Under the pieces are notes generated by a model. That model had not been told where the DNA came from. It saw only the letters and a program-made list of their open reading frames with translations, and searched no databases. Below are positions 14,520-27,721 of a stretch of 64,000 nt of DNA, in pieces; position 1 is the stretch's first letter, and each line of letters opens with the position of its first letter. Where the stretch lies: assembly GCA_976226885.1 (NCBI GenBank), contig OZ320313.1, forward strand, positions 57,970,001 to 58,034,000, written 5' to 3'. Source of the stretch: Iphione sp. A-MEVVRFRX5. Taxonomy: Eukaryota. Made by a program: the position numbers and the translations under genes.

Positions 14520-14865
14520 TGACATGCCATCTATTGATTGTGACCGCGGAGGCCACTTCCGCAAATGTGGCCCGGATGTTTAGCCCTGATCCTTTTACTC
14601 TGATCACATGTTCCTCCTGGGTTCTGGACGCATAAGCGAAGGGAGGGAGGCATTATAGGCAGCCACTATTCACTTTTGGAGGGAGGAGGACTTAGATCCA
14701 AGCATTGATTCTCTTCGCCTCTCACCACCTTAGGGATTCGTGAAAGAGGACGTAGCCCACTAGCACATATAAAAGGCGGAGGCCAGCGAATTTGTTGAAC
14801 GCTAGGATGGCAGTGTTCTTCCGTGTGCTGCCTGTGGTGAAACCCCCCCGAATAACCAGCTAGGC
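14520..14865 (-). mobile_element. Degenerate DIRS/Ngaro-type retrotransposon RT fragment
   Basis: Ordered motifs LAGYSGGF, HPS, PPF..PLSRIPK..GE..DLSPP, then after a frameshift VNSG..FAYAS..G.G..SA..W. These match the order GF..GF / NHPSA / GPF..SPLG.VPK..G..R.I.DLS.P / SVN.GI / Y.SVD..G.G..D..SAFR..W of DIRS-type RT, as recalled. Confidence 0.55.
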
Positions 14866-17800
14866 ACGTTACATCGATGTATTCATCACCCCGCCAAAAT
14901 GATAGCTTTACGCAGGAGAAAAAAAACCTGCAATAGGGGCTAGCCGCCGTCCTGCATTCACGTTCTCCCATACCACCTGTCCAAAGAGTCATTTCATGAT
15001 TTCTCGAAAGAATGGGACCAATGGCATGTGGGCCTCGCTGAATTAATGTTCTTCCTCTTCCCGTGTCCCTTCCTCACTTTCCGGTGCGTCCTACATGGTT
15101 CTCGTTCTGCTGGGCCCTTCAAATCTTCACGTAAAAAATGGTTCCTACAGCATGAGGAGTTATGTCCGACTTGATGGCCCCGCGCCGTTTACCGGGGCTG
15201 GGCCGGCATATCGTCGTTCCGGATCGCGACCAGCGGAAGTTACCATGAGATGCTATTGTAGAATAGCAAGATCCAGCCTGATAACTTAGAGCCCGACTCT
15301 TTCATCATGCCCGTGACATCAGATGAACTAAGCATCCGATAGCTCCCGTATCTCAGCAGTCAAGGGCACACATATCAGTCGAGTGTATTCCATGGGAGAG
15401 TTCTGTTTCTCGTCTTTTGACAATACACGTATTTTCCCGGCCGCCCCCCATCCGGGGGCTCGTGTTTTAAACAGACAAAGGACAAAAGTTAATATACAGT
15501 GTACTGTCGGTTTTAGGGTCAGACCAGAGTAACACTAGACGAGTATTAAAGACTGGGATTGGCAATGACTGTAGACTAGTTTGTAAATTATTAAAATTCT
15601 GAGGAATCAGATGACCGCAGTATTACAAGTAAAAGCTATTCGGAAACAATCTCTGGTCTGAAAGTGTAGTTGTATTGCATATGCATGCAAGGCATGACAA
15701 AAAATATCTGTATATTATATGTAGGTGTGAGCCAGACAAACAGAAGTGTAACGGAAGGACGCTGTGGGTGATGTATGGTGAAGAAGGGAATGGGCGGCTT
15801 GGACGGAAGGTACTGACGCCAGGACCGGCTGGCGGGCGGGGCCGACAGGAGGCGTTAATGGGAGGCAATGATAAGGAGGGATGGCAGCCGAGGATGATGT
15901 GAAGCTGGCATGAAAGGAGGAGATTGTGATCACAATTGACAGCACAGCCCCAAACTACGGATCATTGCGCTGTTTTAAGACCCGCATTGTAAACCTAATG
16001 TGATGCTTCCATTAATAGACCGTGTGGCCTACGGGTGCAATCCTACTACTGGAACATTAGAATGCAAAGGAAAAAAACATCACTTCATAGCCGTCTTTCC
16101 CTTTAGGATTGCTTTGCATAAGCCTATTGTAGTTAAGAGCAATGGCTCTCTGTAATATATGGGAAGCGTCTTTTTATTCGCTTCTGTAAGGCTCATCTGC
16201 TATATATTAGGATGTTCATCAGTGTGCTGAATAGCCGCATGCACGCATGATGTCCGTAATCATAAGACTTATACGTCCGATATTTATTAATTCATATACA
16301 GTATGGGCAGACCTACAGTTTGCTTTTGGTAAAGATGACCGGAAAAATCTAATAAAAACTTTTCTCACTACGAGGTAGTCGTGTTGAACAGGTTTCCTTT
16401 TATATAGTTAGTTTCTAAAGGTGTACTTGGTATAAATGTGAAAATGACATGCCCACATATTGGTCTTTTTTCAAAGCACGCCCCCCCCCCAGTAGAGGTT
16501 TCCGAGAAAAATGCATCAAATGGGGACACTGCATCGGAACCTTCAAGGCAGGGGTCATAGATCTCATTGTATGCAACAATGGGGGCAGTTATGGTTAGAA
16601 AGAGTTTTCTTTATCCCTTCCCTCATGGAGCCTCAGTGTTTGCGATCCATTTCTATGAAAATGTCAATGGTTAATAGTGTTGATGTAATTTGAATATGGT
16701 TGCTTTTGCTGGAAAATACACACGCATCCGGACAACATAAAAGGTCGGTCGGTTAAAAACGGAAACGTGATCACAAGAATAGAAATTGTGTTTCCTGTCA
16801 ATTTGCCAATGCATTCTCTGGAAGCGATGCGGTGACTTGATCTGTTTGAGGAGACAAAGCCACACGGGGATTCGATTTGGAGAGAATTTTCCTTTCCGTT
16901 CCATTATGGGTTTGTATTTCGAATTGAGGGAGCCGTATTTTGAACTGTAGAATCCTGTTTTATATCATCGGAAAATTAATTGGAACGGACGAAGTAAATT
17001 TTGCCATTTGCCGTATAGTTGATACTTTTTCAGTGACGTCTAAATCAGAAATAAATTCTTGCCTCACATCAATATACACGTATGCTGTGATGCTAAAGGG
17101 AAGGACAAGAAAGATTTCCTAAAGGTGACAACATTTTCTCCCATGTGTAAATAATGGAGCTCTAAATGTTGGGGACTTGTTCATGCTGGCACAAGTATGT
17201 GTACATGTATATGAATAATGATCTACTGACGGAGACCTCCCCGCAACGGCCGCCCCTATGGTCAGTGGGTCGGTTTACACTGCGGAACGGCTCCACCATT
17301 TCAAAGTTACAGATACCCCGCTATAGTTACAATGAGGGGTACACTAAGGTGAATTAGGTGAAACTTCACTAATCAACCGACTTAAATATATAACATGACT
17401 TGCGGTAAATGATATTTTCAAACTGGTAGCAATTGTCCGAAGCATTCTACATGGTTGTCTTATATCGCTCGAGAAGCCGGAGGATATTGCTGTTATCTGC
17501 AACTTTGATCCCAATTGAGCAGTTATATCGACCTTTAATTCAGCGGCTATTACAGAATCTGAAAAGTCAATAGCTGTCCCTTTCCATGTCTGACGGAGAT
17601 GGCCGCCTGTCAGAAGTGTAACGCAGCAATCTTTAATCCATCTGGTTGTCAGGAGTGTTCCGCGCCCCAATAACGACTTCCGGTGCCACCTATGAATAGC
17701 AAATGTCGAGAGGCCAGAGCTGAATTGAAAACGGGTCGTGACGAGGGACGTAGGTGAACCCAGGGGCACAGCCGAAGAGGGGCAGCACTGAGGCGGGCGG

Positions 17801-18954
17801 GAGGTTCTGGCACTGACCTTCACATCTCAGCGGTCGGTACAGGGGCAGCCAGTGTGAGGATAACACTTCAAATGAAAAGCTTAGTCTTGGCGCAGGACCC
17901 AGGTCTGAAGGGACACTATAGGTCAATGCAGGAGGCAACATTGATGTTAGTATAGACACATCGGTGCAGATCTGTAGAGGTGCAATAGTTAGTGTTAATA
18001 CTATCGTAAATATGTCGATATGATGAATCAAATCAATTTTAACAATTATTAGCAAGATTTACATCTGACTGATGACATTCTCGTTAGTTTCTTGATAAAT
18101 TTCCTGATTTTGCAAGATAACTGTCAACTGTTTCCTTTAAAAATGCTATCGGGTAGGATTACTGTCCATTTTAAAGGACATGGGGCATTTGGGCTGGATA
18201 AGTGCGTTTCAAATTTGTCGGAGATCCCTCTGAGTCCGGAGGCATGAATACTGAATATCCCTCTTCCATGGACATTTGCCACAGAATGATGAAAGCAATA
18301 TCCAGTATTCCTAATTCCAACTTTCCCTTTTTACTGACAAATCTACTTTAGTGACGACTGTGCCTCACAACAGAGTTTGAAATGATCTTGTTCGTATAAC
18401 TTTCTATTCTATTGAGGAAACCTCCGACAATCTGAGACCTCCATATTCAAATAAGACGGTAATTATGGATGACCTTCCGGTGCCACATGAAGTGCTGTCG
18501 ACGCTCGTCAGGGGTCAACTCTAATGAAGGTCATATTGAGAGGGGTTCAGACCTCTCGGGGGAGCATCCAGTCTTCGGCTAGGGGTTGAGGTCTATGTAA
18601 AAGACAAAGTGGGTAACGTCTGCGCCGCTCTTCCACTAATAGGCGACATCAGTCACGTTAGGGCTTCCCCAAGACAGGTCTTGCTCTTGACTAGACAGTG
18701 CCCCATCCCTGCTATGGTTATCATGAAAAACTCATTCAGAGTATCATACACATATGGTGATGGAGATGGAAGGGACGGACTAGTTACATGTACTAAGCAA
18801 ATATATATTAGACTACACAGGAAAGGATGATATCTGTAATTGTGGTAAAAGGTAATAAAAATAAAATATAACGGGATCGTTCACAGATTAATGGACACAA
18901 AATTGATGGACCTGGACCTAGAACACAAACGCCATCGGTGAAGAACCTTGCGTG

Positions 18955-19170
18955 ACGATTGATGATTGATTTTAATGACAACGATGGGAAATGATAATGG
19001 GATGGAGATGGCGATCACAATGACGGTTGCATTTTCCACATGTTCGAGGATAATGTTGGAAACAACAACGACGATGACGATGATTTTGAAAATTTTGGAT
19101 GATGATGTCAACTACGTGGACGACGATGATGATGACGATATTAGCTACGGAGAAGACGATGTTTATGATT
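18955..19170. repeat. Degenerate (GAT/GAC)n trinucleotide tract
   Basis: Runs such as gacgacgatgatgatgacgat; it produces spurious poly-Asp/Met ORFs. Confidence 0.8.
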
Positions 19171-21674
19171 GAGGCCACATAGCAATCCCACTGTTCGCCA
19201 GTATATCTCTCAGTCCACGAGCCGCTTTAGCAACTTCCCCATTCAAGGGGAGATTGGTGGGTTTGGTGGAGTACTAGCCGGTGTCTTTCACCTGAGAGGT
19301 GTTATCTGTAGGGATTTATCCCTTCCTGGGATCCTATCCATCTCTCTCGGGGGTGTTAAGTTGACACGGAAGTAAGTCTCCGCATCGCTGTCATCCGGCG
19401 TCACCAACGGACAGTCATCCATCACGGCGGATACAAGTGGCACACGACCCGCTACTGAGACAGCGAAGCGTCGTCGCCGAGTAAATTAACCATTCCGAGT
19501 CGGCCACTCGGTGACTACACATGCATGGCAAAGTCTCCGCTTCACTCCGAGCCCATCGGAGAAGGGTCTTCTAGCACAGAGCTGAAAGAAATCCGCTTGT
19601 GTGGTTAAACGGAATTTATGATTGAGCGCTAGTGGGGGGCGTAGTTTTTCTATGATTTTGGAGAGTACCCTGGCAGCTGGATGAATCTACTTAAGCACAG
19701 GCTCAAATCTATTCACACTTTCCCTATACTACTTAAAGTCGGTACCAACGTCATCTTTCTTCATTAAATGTCTTGATAAGTATCTCCGTAGCTGTACGTT
19801 ACCAGGAGAGTGCTTCATTAGAGCTTTTCTCTACAGAATAACTCGGAAGGAAAGACGTCCTGTAATATGATTCTTATCTTAAGAATATTGGATATATATT
19901 TGTATTCTATGTATGAGTTAGTTTATGAATCGATACTCCAAGACATCGGTTATAGTCAAGTCTACTGAACGACAAATAATCCCATGAGGTGGAATGTGTC
20001 CCAGATGGACAGCTTATAAGATGTGAAGTGGTCTATTATGAAAAAAATAGAAAGCACGAATACGTTTTCAAGAGTCAATGTGTTGCTCCTAATTTTTAAT
20101 ATGGAATTAGGATATACGTCAGCACAATTAGATGGACTATATATTTGATCAAGAGGGTGCAACCATCTGTTTTCTGTTTATCATTCTCCAACGACTATCG
20201 AATAAGGAGTGTTTACAGTGTCCCTTGTATTACAGCTAATACTCTAAGTAAAAGTGTTTGCTCCTTTGCTTGCAGGCATGGTGGGTAATAACGTACCGTT
20301 GTCCAAGGTTTGCTACTTGTAAGATAATTCAATACATTTAATGCATTTTCAAAGTAGCGAAACAGAAAAAGAAAGTGTGGCAGCATTAAAAGCAAAAAAA
20401 AACTTACTGAAGCAAGCCTAGTGACGCACAGTTTCAAAATTTCGCCTGTAAGTTACGATATCTGCTACCTTAGTGAACACATTGCACAAGACAATTCGCA
20501 TCCTGTCACTAATATTAAACACGCGAATACATGCTTAGTCACCCTAGCGTATACATTAAACCTATGCATGAAAACGAAGGCACTGGCGACCAGGGTGGAA
20601 AGTACTGGTAGAGGACGAGTTGGGAGCGAAGCGAAGAGAATTAGAGCCCGGTTTTCTGTCACCATGACGACAGCCAGGCCAAAGATTGATCACCATGGAG
20701 ACGGCTGTGGGTCCCCCTGTGACGGGAGCGCCTCTTGAGGAGCCAATAAAAAACAGCAGTCGGATCACGGGAGGAAATAGGCAGTCGGATTAGGACATAC
20801 AGGAGGCGGTGGGGGTGGTCGCGTGGGAGACAGTCAAGTCGGTATGGCCCGGGGAGGTCGGACCCAGATAAAAGATGCTCCCCGCCAAGAAACATGACAT
20901 CTGTTCCGCCAGGAATGCCGGCACGGAGAGAGCTGCTCGCGTTGAGAATAAGGTTAAGGCGAAGCTACTCCGGACTGGCATACGGGTAGAGTAGCTCCCC
21001 CGGGACTGTTGCGAGAGAAGGAAGGGAAGTGGGGTCCGACAGGGCGGGGGCGGGTGGGTGTTAGGCGACACAGGCTCTCGACTATTGCGGTTGCCTTATC
21101 GGGAGGGGCCCCAACCGAGGCAGGCAGTACAGGAGGCACCAACACCCTGAGCTGACAGGCAGCGGCAGCGACCCCTCCGACTTACGTCACATGTGTGGCC
21201 TTAATGCTCGCATTGACTACCTCTGTGCTTAGTACAACTTCATCGTAGCAGTGTCTCGTTAGAGCCCGGACGGCGCATTATGCCGTCCGATATGACACTT
21301 CTCTCACCGACTGGCATAATCCATTTTGCTAAATACTAATCTCATCCGTTCTATCGGCGTTGGCCGCGAACGCTTGTCAACGCTCGTTGATGTTGCTGTG
21401 ATTTTCGCGGAAATTATCAGTTCTAATGAATTTCATGTTACTGTGTATTTTTAACGGTGGAATAAATGATACATTTTATTAATACCGCACGATTGAACTT
21501 CAGAATCGATCATAATTTTTACCTTTTCTCACTTTTTAAAAAGGAATTACACAGTAGACTGCATTGGCCAGTTGAAGTTAATTCCGAAGAATAACTAGCA
21601 GGCAACTAGTTATCTTTGTGAAAATGTATTTCGCATGGTATTTTTATAAAGTTTATTTAACCTAGTATAAAAAA

Positions 21675-21753
21675 CCAGGGCTCAAAACACGTGATACATA
21701 TTACAGTGGCATAAAAGGCCAGGGCTTGAAACAAGTGATAGATATAACAGTGG
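21675..21753. repeat. Imperfect tandem duplication, period 44
   Basis: ccagggctcaaaacacgtgatacatattacagtgg vs ccagggcttgaaacaagtgatagatataacagtgg, 5 mismatches in 35 nt. Confidence 0.8.
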
Positions 21754-22149
21754 GTACATTGTCCTTTCAATTAAACAGTACCGTGTCGTTAACTCTCTTG
21801 ACTAAACATTCCAATAGTTCTCTTACGTTGTGCATGACCCCGGAATTTATTATCTAGGGCTTTACATAAACCGATGCTTATACATATTCTCTCTGATCAT
21901 TTTGATTCCATTACTGTTCAAAATTGGTAGCTTCCTATTTTGCAGCTTGCTTTTAATAACATTGCCAAACAATTAATTGCTTTTTGATTCCGTATAAATC
22001 ATAGTCTTATAGGATTACTAGATATACTGTATAACTAAGGTACACATATTGTCACTGAGATTATTGGTTGTTTCCTTTGCTTTAAATTGGTTTGCCATCG
22101 TACATTATAATAATACTCATGAAAGTCAAGTCTGCCGAAAAAAACAGTC

Positions 22150-22200
22150 CCTATGCCCCGTTAACCACATCTCTAGCCTGAGAAAAGAAAGACCACCTTT
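22150..22200 (+). mobile_element. Possible tyrosine recombinase relic (LCPV motif)
   Basis: SLCPVNHISSLRKERPPL resembles LCPV.A...Y...R...PLF; the match is short. Confidence 0.2.
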
Positions 22201-25200
22201 AGTGTAATAGGCCACCACCCCCTTAAAACCCCTATTCTCTTGCCCCGTTCTTCTGCAATGAGCAACTCACGAGCAGTCCACGGGCTGCTCTTACTGCCTC
22301 CGGCTCATTCTTGGGCGGTTTTTATTTCGCCGGAGCCGCGCTGAACGCCTACCGGGTCGCCTATGGCGAGATAGGAAATTAAGCAGCGCTGGTCCTTTCC
22401 GAAGCCGCCCGAGCAATATTGTCGGTGACACCTCGGTCGTGATCTGAAAGTCAACGATAAGGCAGCTTACAGAGGGGAACTGGGGAAGGGAGCGGCGGCT
22501 GTGCTGCAGCTAGCCAGCGGTCGAGGAATGCAAAACAGCCAATCCTATTATGACTCGCCGTCTGTCCACCGCCCACCCACCCGCCCGCCGCCCGACCGTA
22601 GCGGCAACGTCGACGGCAGAGACGGTCGACGGCTCCATGGTGTGGACGCTGGTAGCGACGTACGGAAGCGACGTAGATGGCGTCGGCGATATTAACGATG
22701 CTGCTAACCCGTGGGGCAGAGGCTCGTCCATGGTAGGCGATCGCCATCTGACCGGGTTGGTAGCGTGGCGGTCATCGCTCACCTTCGACAATTGAACACA
22801 CTCCTACGAGCAGACCCACTGATCCTCGGTATGAATATATACAGACATATACATTTATTATCGGAAATGCTTTCTTGTTATTATTTCCCTTTGTATATGG
22901 GCATCCATGTCGGTTATAAGTTAGTCTTGCTGGAAGTACTGACTGTCATTTCCAACACGCACATACATTTGCAAACCGAATTTCAAATTGATCTGTGAAT
23001 GACTGATGACCTTTGAGAGCCGCTGAATTTAATGTGTCTTTGCGTAAAGGGTCATCTATGAGGAAGAGGGCGCAAAAAGTTTAGTGCCTGTAACCATTGA
23101 GAAATACCCCGATCTCCGGCTCCACTGACACACCATCGGTCACCAGGCGGCGTGCTAGATGGCCTCACGGTGAAACTGTGAGGGGTGATAGCACTGTGAT
23201 GGTAACTGCTGCTTCCTTGGATGTTTATTCAACCAAACGTACCTTTTACAACCTGCACGCCAGACCGAGAACTCCCGTAGATGGCAAGGATATGGCTGGG
23301 ACATGAAGAGTTGCAGAGAAAGTCAACTGCGTTGGCTCATCCTCCCTTGCGCTTCTGATGTATGTTTTTGGGTACCTGTAATTCCATAGGCTGGTTGTTA
23401 CGTATTTTCGGTCTAACAACCCTGTGATCCCTTACACTGCCATGCTCCAAAGTAAGTTTTTAGGCTTATGCAAGATTATAAGCCGTTCAGCTAATGGTCT
23501 TGAAACCTAAAACCTGCCCAACCGAAGTCGAAAAGGACAGTAAGGCCAGATAATGTATCGAGAACGTCGGCTCTTAGAACATGCGGGCTACTTATAGTTG
23601 GATCCTGTGAAAGGAGTACAAGCATTGTCTTATAGCATTGTAAGCGAACATGTTGAATGGAAAGGATTGTATCTTGAAAAGGAGAATATAATGAATAATT
23701 AAACGGATACGTGTATATTATAGAATGTCCCTTGGATAAATCTCCTGCATAGTCTTGTAAGACCTAATATCTATTTGTTGATGTGTTAAAGGCGCTTTTT
23801 GTCACCGGAAAAGTCTATAAATTATCATAAAATGCTAGACCAATCTAAGTTTGCATTGTGTGTGCGAGCTAATACCTATATTTTCAATTGAATTATAGAT
23901 AACCAAATTCGGTGATTTTGCTTTTCATTTTAAGCACCATAGATCGCTATTTTCGTAAGCAGAAATACGCACGAATGTCAATAAGCCCCGTTGCACTTTA
24001 TATGATTTTTTGTATACATCGAGTGATAGTGAGTTTTGCAACATTTCGGTAAGCGAATGCATTTGGCACTGTGGTCTCATGGCCATCACCGGCATGGCAC
24101 CTGCAAGGCATCAGTCAGTTTGTGGTAGCCAGGGTCGGGCGGCTCGCAGAGGCATCTCCCTGGAATGCGCACATTGTCACCATCATCCATCACTAGTGAC
24201 CGTCCGTACGACCGCCCTTCATCATCCCCTCATGAGGGCTAAGGATTGAAGCGGGTCTCCAACTGTGTTTAGTATACCGAGGATGCTGATTTACAACTCC
24301 AGTTAGAGATATCAACTCTAGCATACAATGCAAACCTACTCTAGTATAGAGTGTCTAGCAGCATACAATCAGCCTACACATATGGCTTAGTAGAAGCATT
24401 CAGGGAGGGTAAGCTCAAGATAAGAGTGAGTGCATGTGATACTTAGAATATTTGACCTCTTGGAGGATTTTCGATGCATATCATGGAAACATTGGTAGGA
24501 CAGATATAGGACAGTGAGTCACTTTAATAACTGATATACAAACATTTGACATGCAATCTCGCCAAACGCAATGTTTGTCAGCTTCTCACAATACTTTATT
24601 AAACAGAACTGAAATTTTTAAAACTGTTTTGACATGGGATATGGCTTCGTACGTGTCATACTTTTTAACGGATAGATGATGCTGTTTTATTATTTAAATC
24701 TCATCGGAAATCGGCAACTCTCTGTTTACCTTTTAGAAAAAGAGCTTGCAATTAGAAGGCCAGATAAAGTAACTCAATTAGCGAAAAACCACGGAATAGA
24801 ACGTTTCTGCCCGATATACAATAGTTAGGACGAGGAAATGTAGGTGAATGACGATAATGCCACAGTCCAGAGAGAATTCATTCAACTGAAAAACAAGACA
24901 TTTCTGAAATAGAGCACTGATGGTAGGATGTGCTGTGCCTGAGGTATGTGCAAGTAAGATTGATGATATGTCTCATACTTGTCTGAAATAGAATTCTGCT
25001 AGAAGGTTTCTACGGTGAAATGGACACTGCCGACAGCTTATGTGAGTGGAATACGAGAGATTAGAGCTACTCGGAGCTTCCCTTAAGAGCTTGGGCAAAT
25101 AAACTCTAACTTCTTTTCTTGTATGATAGACAAGTACATGCAGTTTCTCAAATTCCAGAGAGAAAATGACCTTGTCTTACAATGCCTTTTTTTCTGTCGA

Positions 25201-27385
25201 CGCCGTTCGAATTGAATCGGGAAGTCGTTTCTTTTGTCGGGGATGTGACTTGTAGCAAGAGCAAACTAAGCATTTCTTCACGCATTTCGTCATAGTATGC
25301 ATGTCCAAAGACTAATTCCCATACTAACGGGGAGTTAGTTCAACATTATTCATATATAAAAATGACTTTTCGCTGGTTTGTTTTAATGCCCAACATAAAG
25401 CACCTTCATCAAACTTACCTAACGAATACAGAAACTTGCCGTTACGCGCCGTAAGTGCGCAGAGACATGTATGATCATACTTATATGTAAATCAAGTGAT
25501 ATAAATTCATAGGTATACACCGATAATGTACGCATAATTTTGGTACACATATCAGCACCGAACACACACATATGATGAGCAGTTGGTAGCGAACTGCAAG
25601 CAGGTCGAGCGCTCCAGCAGCATCTCTTATGCTCGCCTCTCTTCCATTAGAGCAGCTCCTCTACGTGCCATCAGGCCGAGCGTGGGGGGGGGGGTGGGCG
25701 GCTGATCACATCTGATAATTATGATCGCTTCCTCTATTTCCGGTCCCTGGCCACAAGCGTATTGTCCTCCCTCCAATCACAACCTCCCTGCCGCATAGAC
25801 TTCCTCAACGGTCAGCTGCTTCACATTCCCTAACCGATGGTACAAGTACACCATGCCCGCCACCTGGCGTAATGTACTACAATTAGCTCAAAGGCCCAGA
25901 TACAAGTATTCACTCTGGTGGGCGGACCATTGAAGAAAAGGGTTTCAGGCGTAAACGTGGGTGTAGCAGGTGGCGGTGATTTCTTTTTGTTCAGCATGAA
26001 AGGAGATACAACCGTAATTACACACAAAACAGTAGCACACTGGTCTGATATTATCCATTCAGGAATTTTCCGGACAAAATATATAACATGATCTATGTCG
26101 ACAACCTCTGTAGTTAGAAAAAAGCAAGTACCTATCCGATAAAAAAAGGAAACCAATTTCTACAAGTAAGGGACCGAAGGCTATTCTCCAGGATAATGTA
26201 AACATTAATGTAATTATATTGAGCAAAACCACGTTCTGATTTCTTCCATTAAATTGACTTTGGCCATTGCAATAACCCTGCTTGTGACAGGGAACAGCAG
26301 ATGTGGAATGAGGAAAAGGAAACAAGATCAACCAATCATATCCAGTCAATTGCATTGCAATACCTCATGATGCATTTATGTATGTTTCGAGTTTCCTGAT
26401 TGGACAATTCCGAGTTCTGCTGGGACACCGCCGGATATCAATCATGGATCGTTCTATATCTACAGCAAGGACGCCTGGTGCGACAGCCGAGGGAGGAGGA
26501 GGAGGCAATGTTAGGCGGGGGCGGGACGTTCTGCAGGAGAACGGCTAATGGCCTACATAGGCGAGGGCAGGGGCCGGCCTTATCTATTAGCCGCCCGCAC
26601 CCGACCACCGATGCCGACCACCATAACTTAAATCGGCGAATAAATATGCCCGCCACCATAAAGCATCTCCAGAGACCTCTGCGGTTCTGTAGATGCAGGG
26701 TGCCAGAGTAGCGTTAATAGGAGAGGCAGGCCCGGAGACCGCTCTCACCCCGCCTCCTACTCCCATGGGCATGTCGCCCCCTCTACCGGGTGGTGTGGTG
26801 CGGAGATCCATGCGACTTGGTGCCCCATCTTTGCCTCCCTACGAGGTCATTTCATTCTTGACTGTGTGTCTCCGTCTGGTGGTAATGGATGGATACGGTT
26901 AACCTTGCTCGTTGTCGCCTGGCGTGAACCTAAGATGTAATCACCAATACTCCCTGTCATCCTTCCGTTGCTTACTCTACGTCCCGAATCAACTACCGTA
27001 TAGTCACAAGCCCTGAGTCCCGATGGGAAAAAAAACACGCCCACTTAGCCATCTACTGCCATATCCTACCCGCCGTGCAAAACAGTTCGTTTGCCGGCTG
27101 AAGGCATATCCTTCTTAACAAATGAGTAAACCTACCACTACTGGAACGTCCATTCTCCGCCCAATCACTAAGCCTATCTCCGTCTCTTTTATCAATGACC
27201 AACCAAGGATCAATATACTCCTGGAGAGCCCTGCTTCTAAAGATCTATGCTTGGCTACTTCGTCGTCGAGTACCAAATCAAACCGTTGTGTATGTGACTT
27301 GAGGCAGGGAGTCTCAGCTTTAAAGACTGATAGACAACATTACTCTGCTAGGTGGGTGGCCTCAGGTTGGTTCTTACAGTTAGAA

Positions 27386-27721
27386 TGCAATTTTGTGCCC
27401 GCGAGGTGAGGCGGGAAAGAGGCCGATCTGTCACTTTGGAACTTCTCTAATATGTGAGTAATACATTTCAACCATCACACTCTATTCACAATCTTCTCGG
27501 GCATTCACATGTCCGAAGGTCAATTCTTGAGCGATCACCTCTAAAAATGTAAAGAACCCTAGCAATTCTCCTACATCATAGCCTGTCTACATGTATTCGA
27601 ATAACCGAAATTAGAGACGTGAAAACCTGACTGACGTATTAATTACATCTGAAAATCATGCTTTAATAAGGATTAATTGCAGCAATTTGTCACAGTATTA
27701 ATTGCTCCAAGTAATCCATTC
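27386..27721 (+). mobile_element. Possible degenerate DIRS1-type RT fragment
   Basis: One frame with stops: CNFVPAR*GGKEADLSLWNF..IHFNHHT..GQFLSDHL..LIAPSNPF, resembling FLVPKKDGG.RP..DL..LN..HFKME..GD...DL..SAP..F. Confidence 0.3.

Noticed and set aside
14765-14780. Strong TATA-like TATAAAAGG
   Set aside because: It lies within the antisense of the DIRS RT relic, with no other promoter support.
17300-19620. Possible minus-strand non-LTR 5' region and apurinic endonuclease relic; repeated 13-mer CTTCCGGTGCCAC at 17677 and 18474
   Set aside because: Only vague motif resemblance, and one 13-mer pair is near chance expectation in 64 kb.
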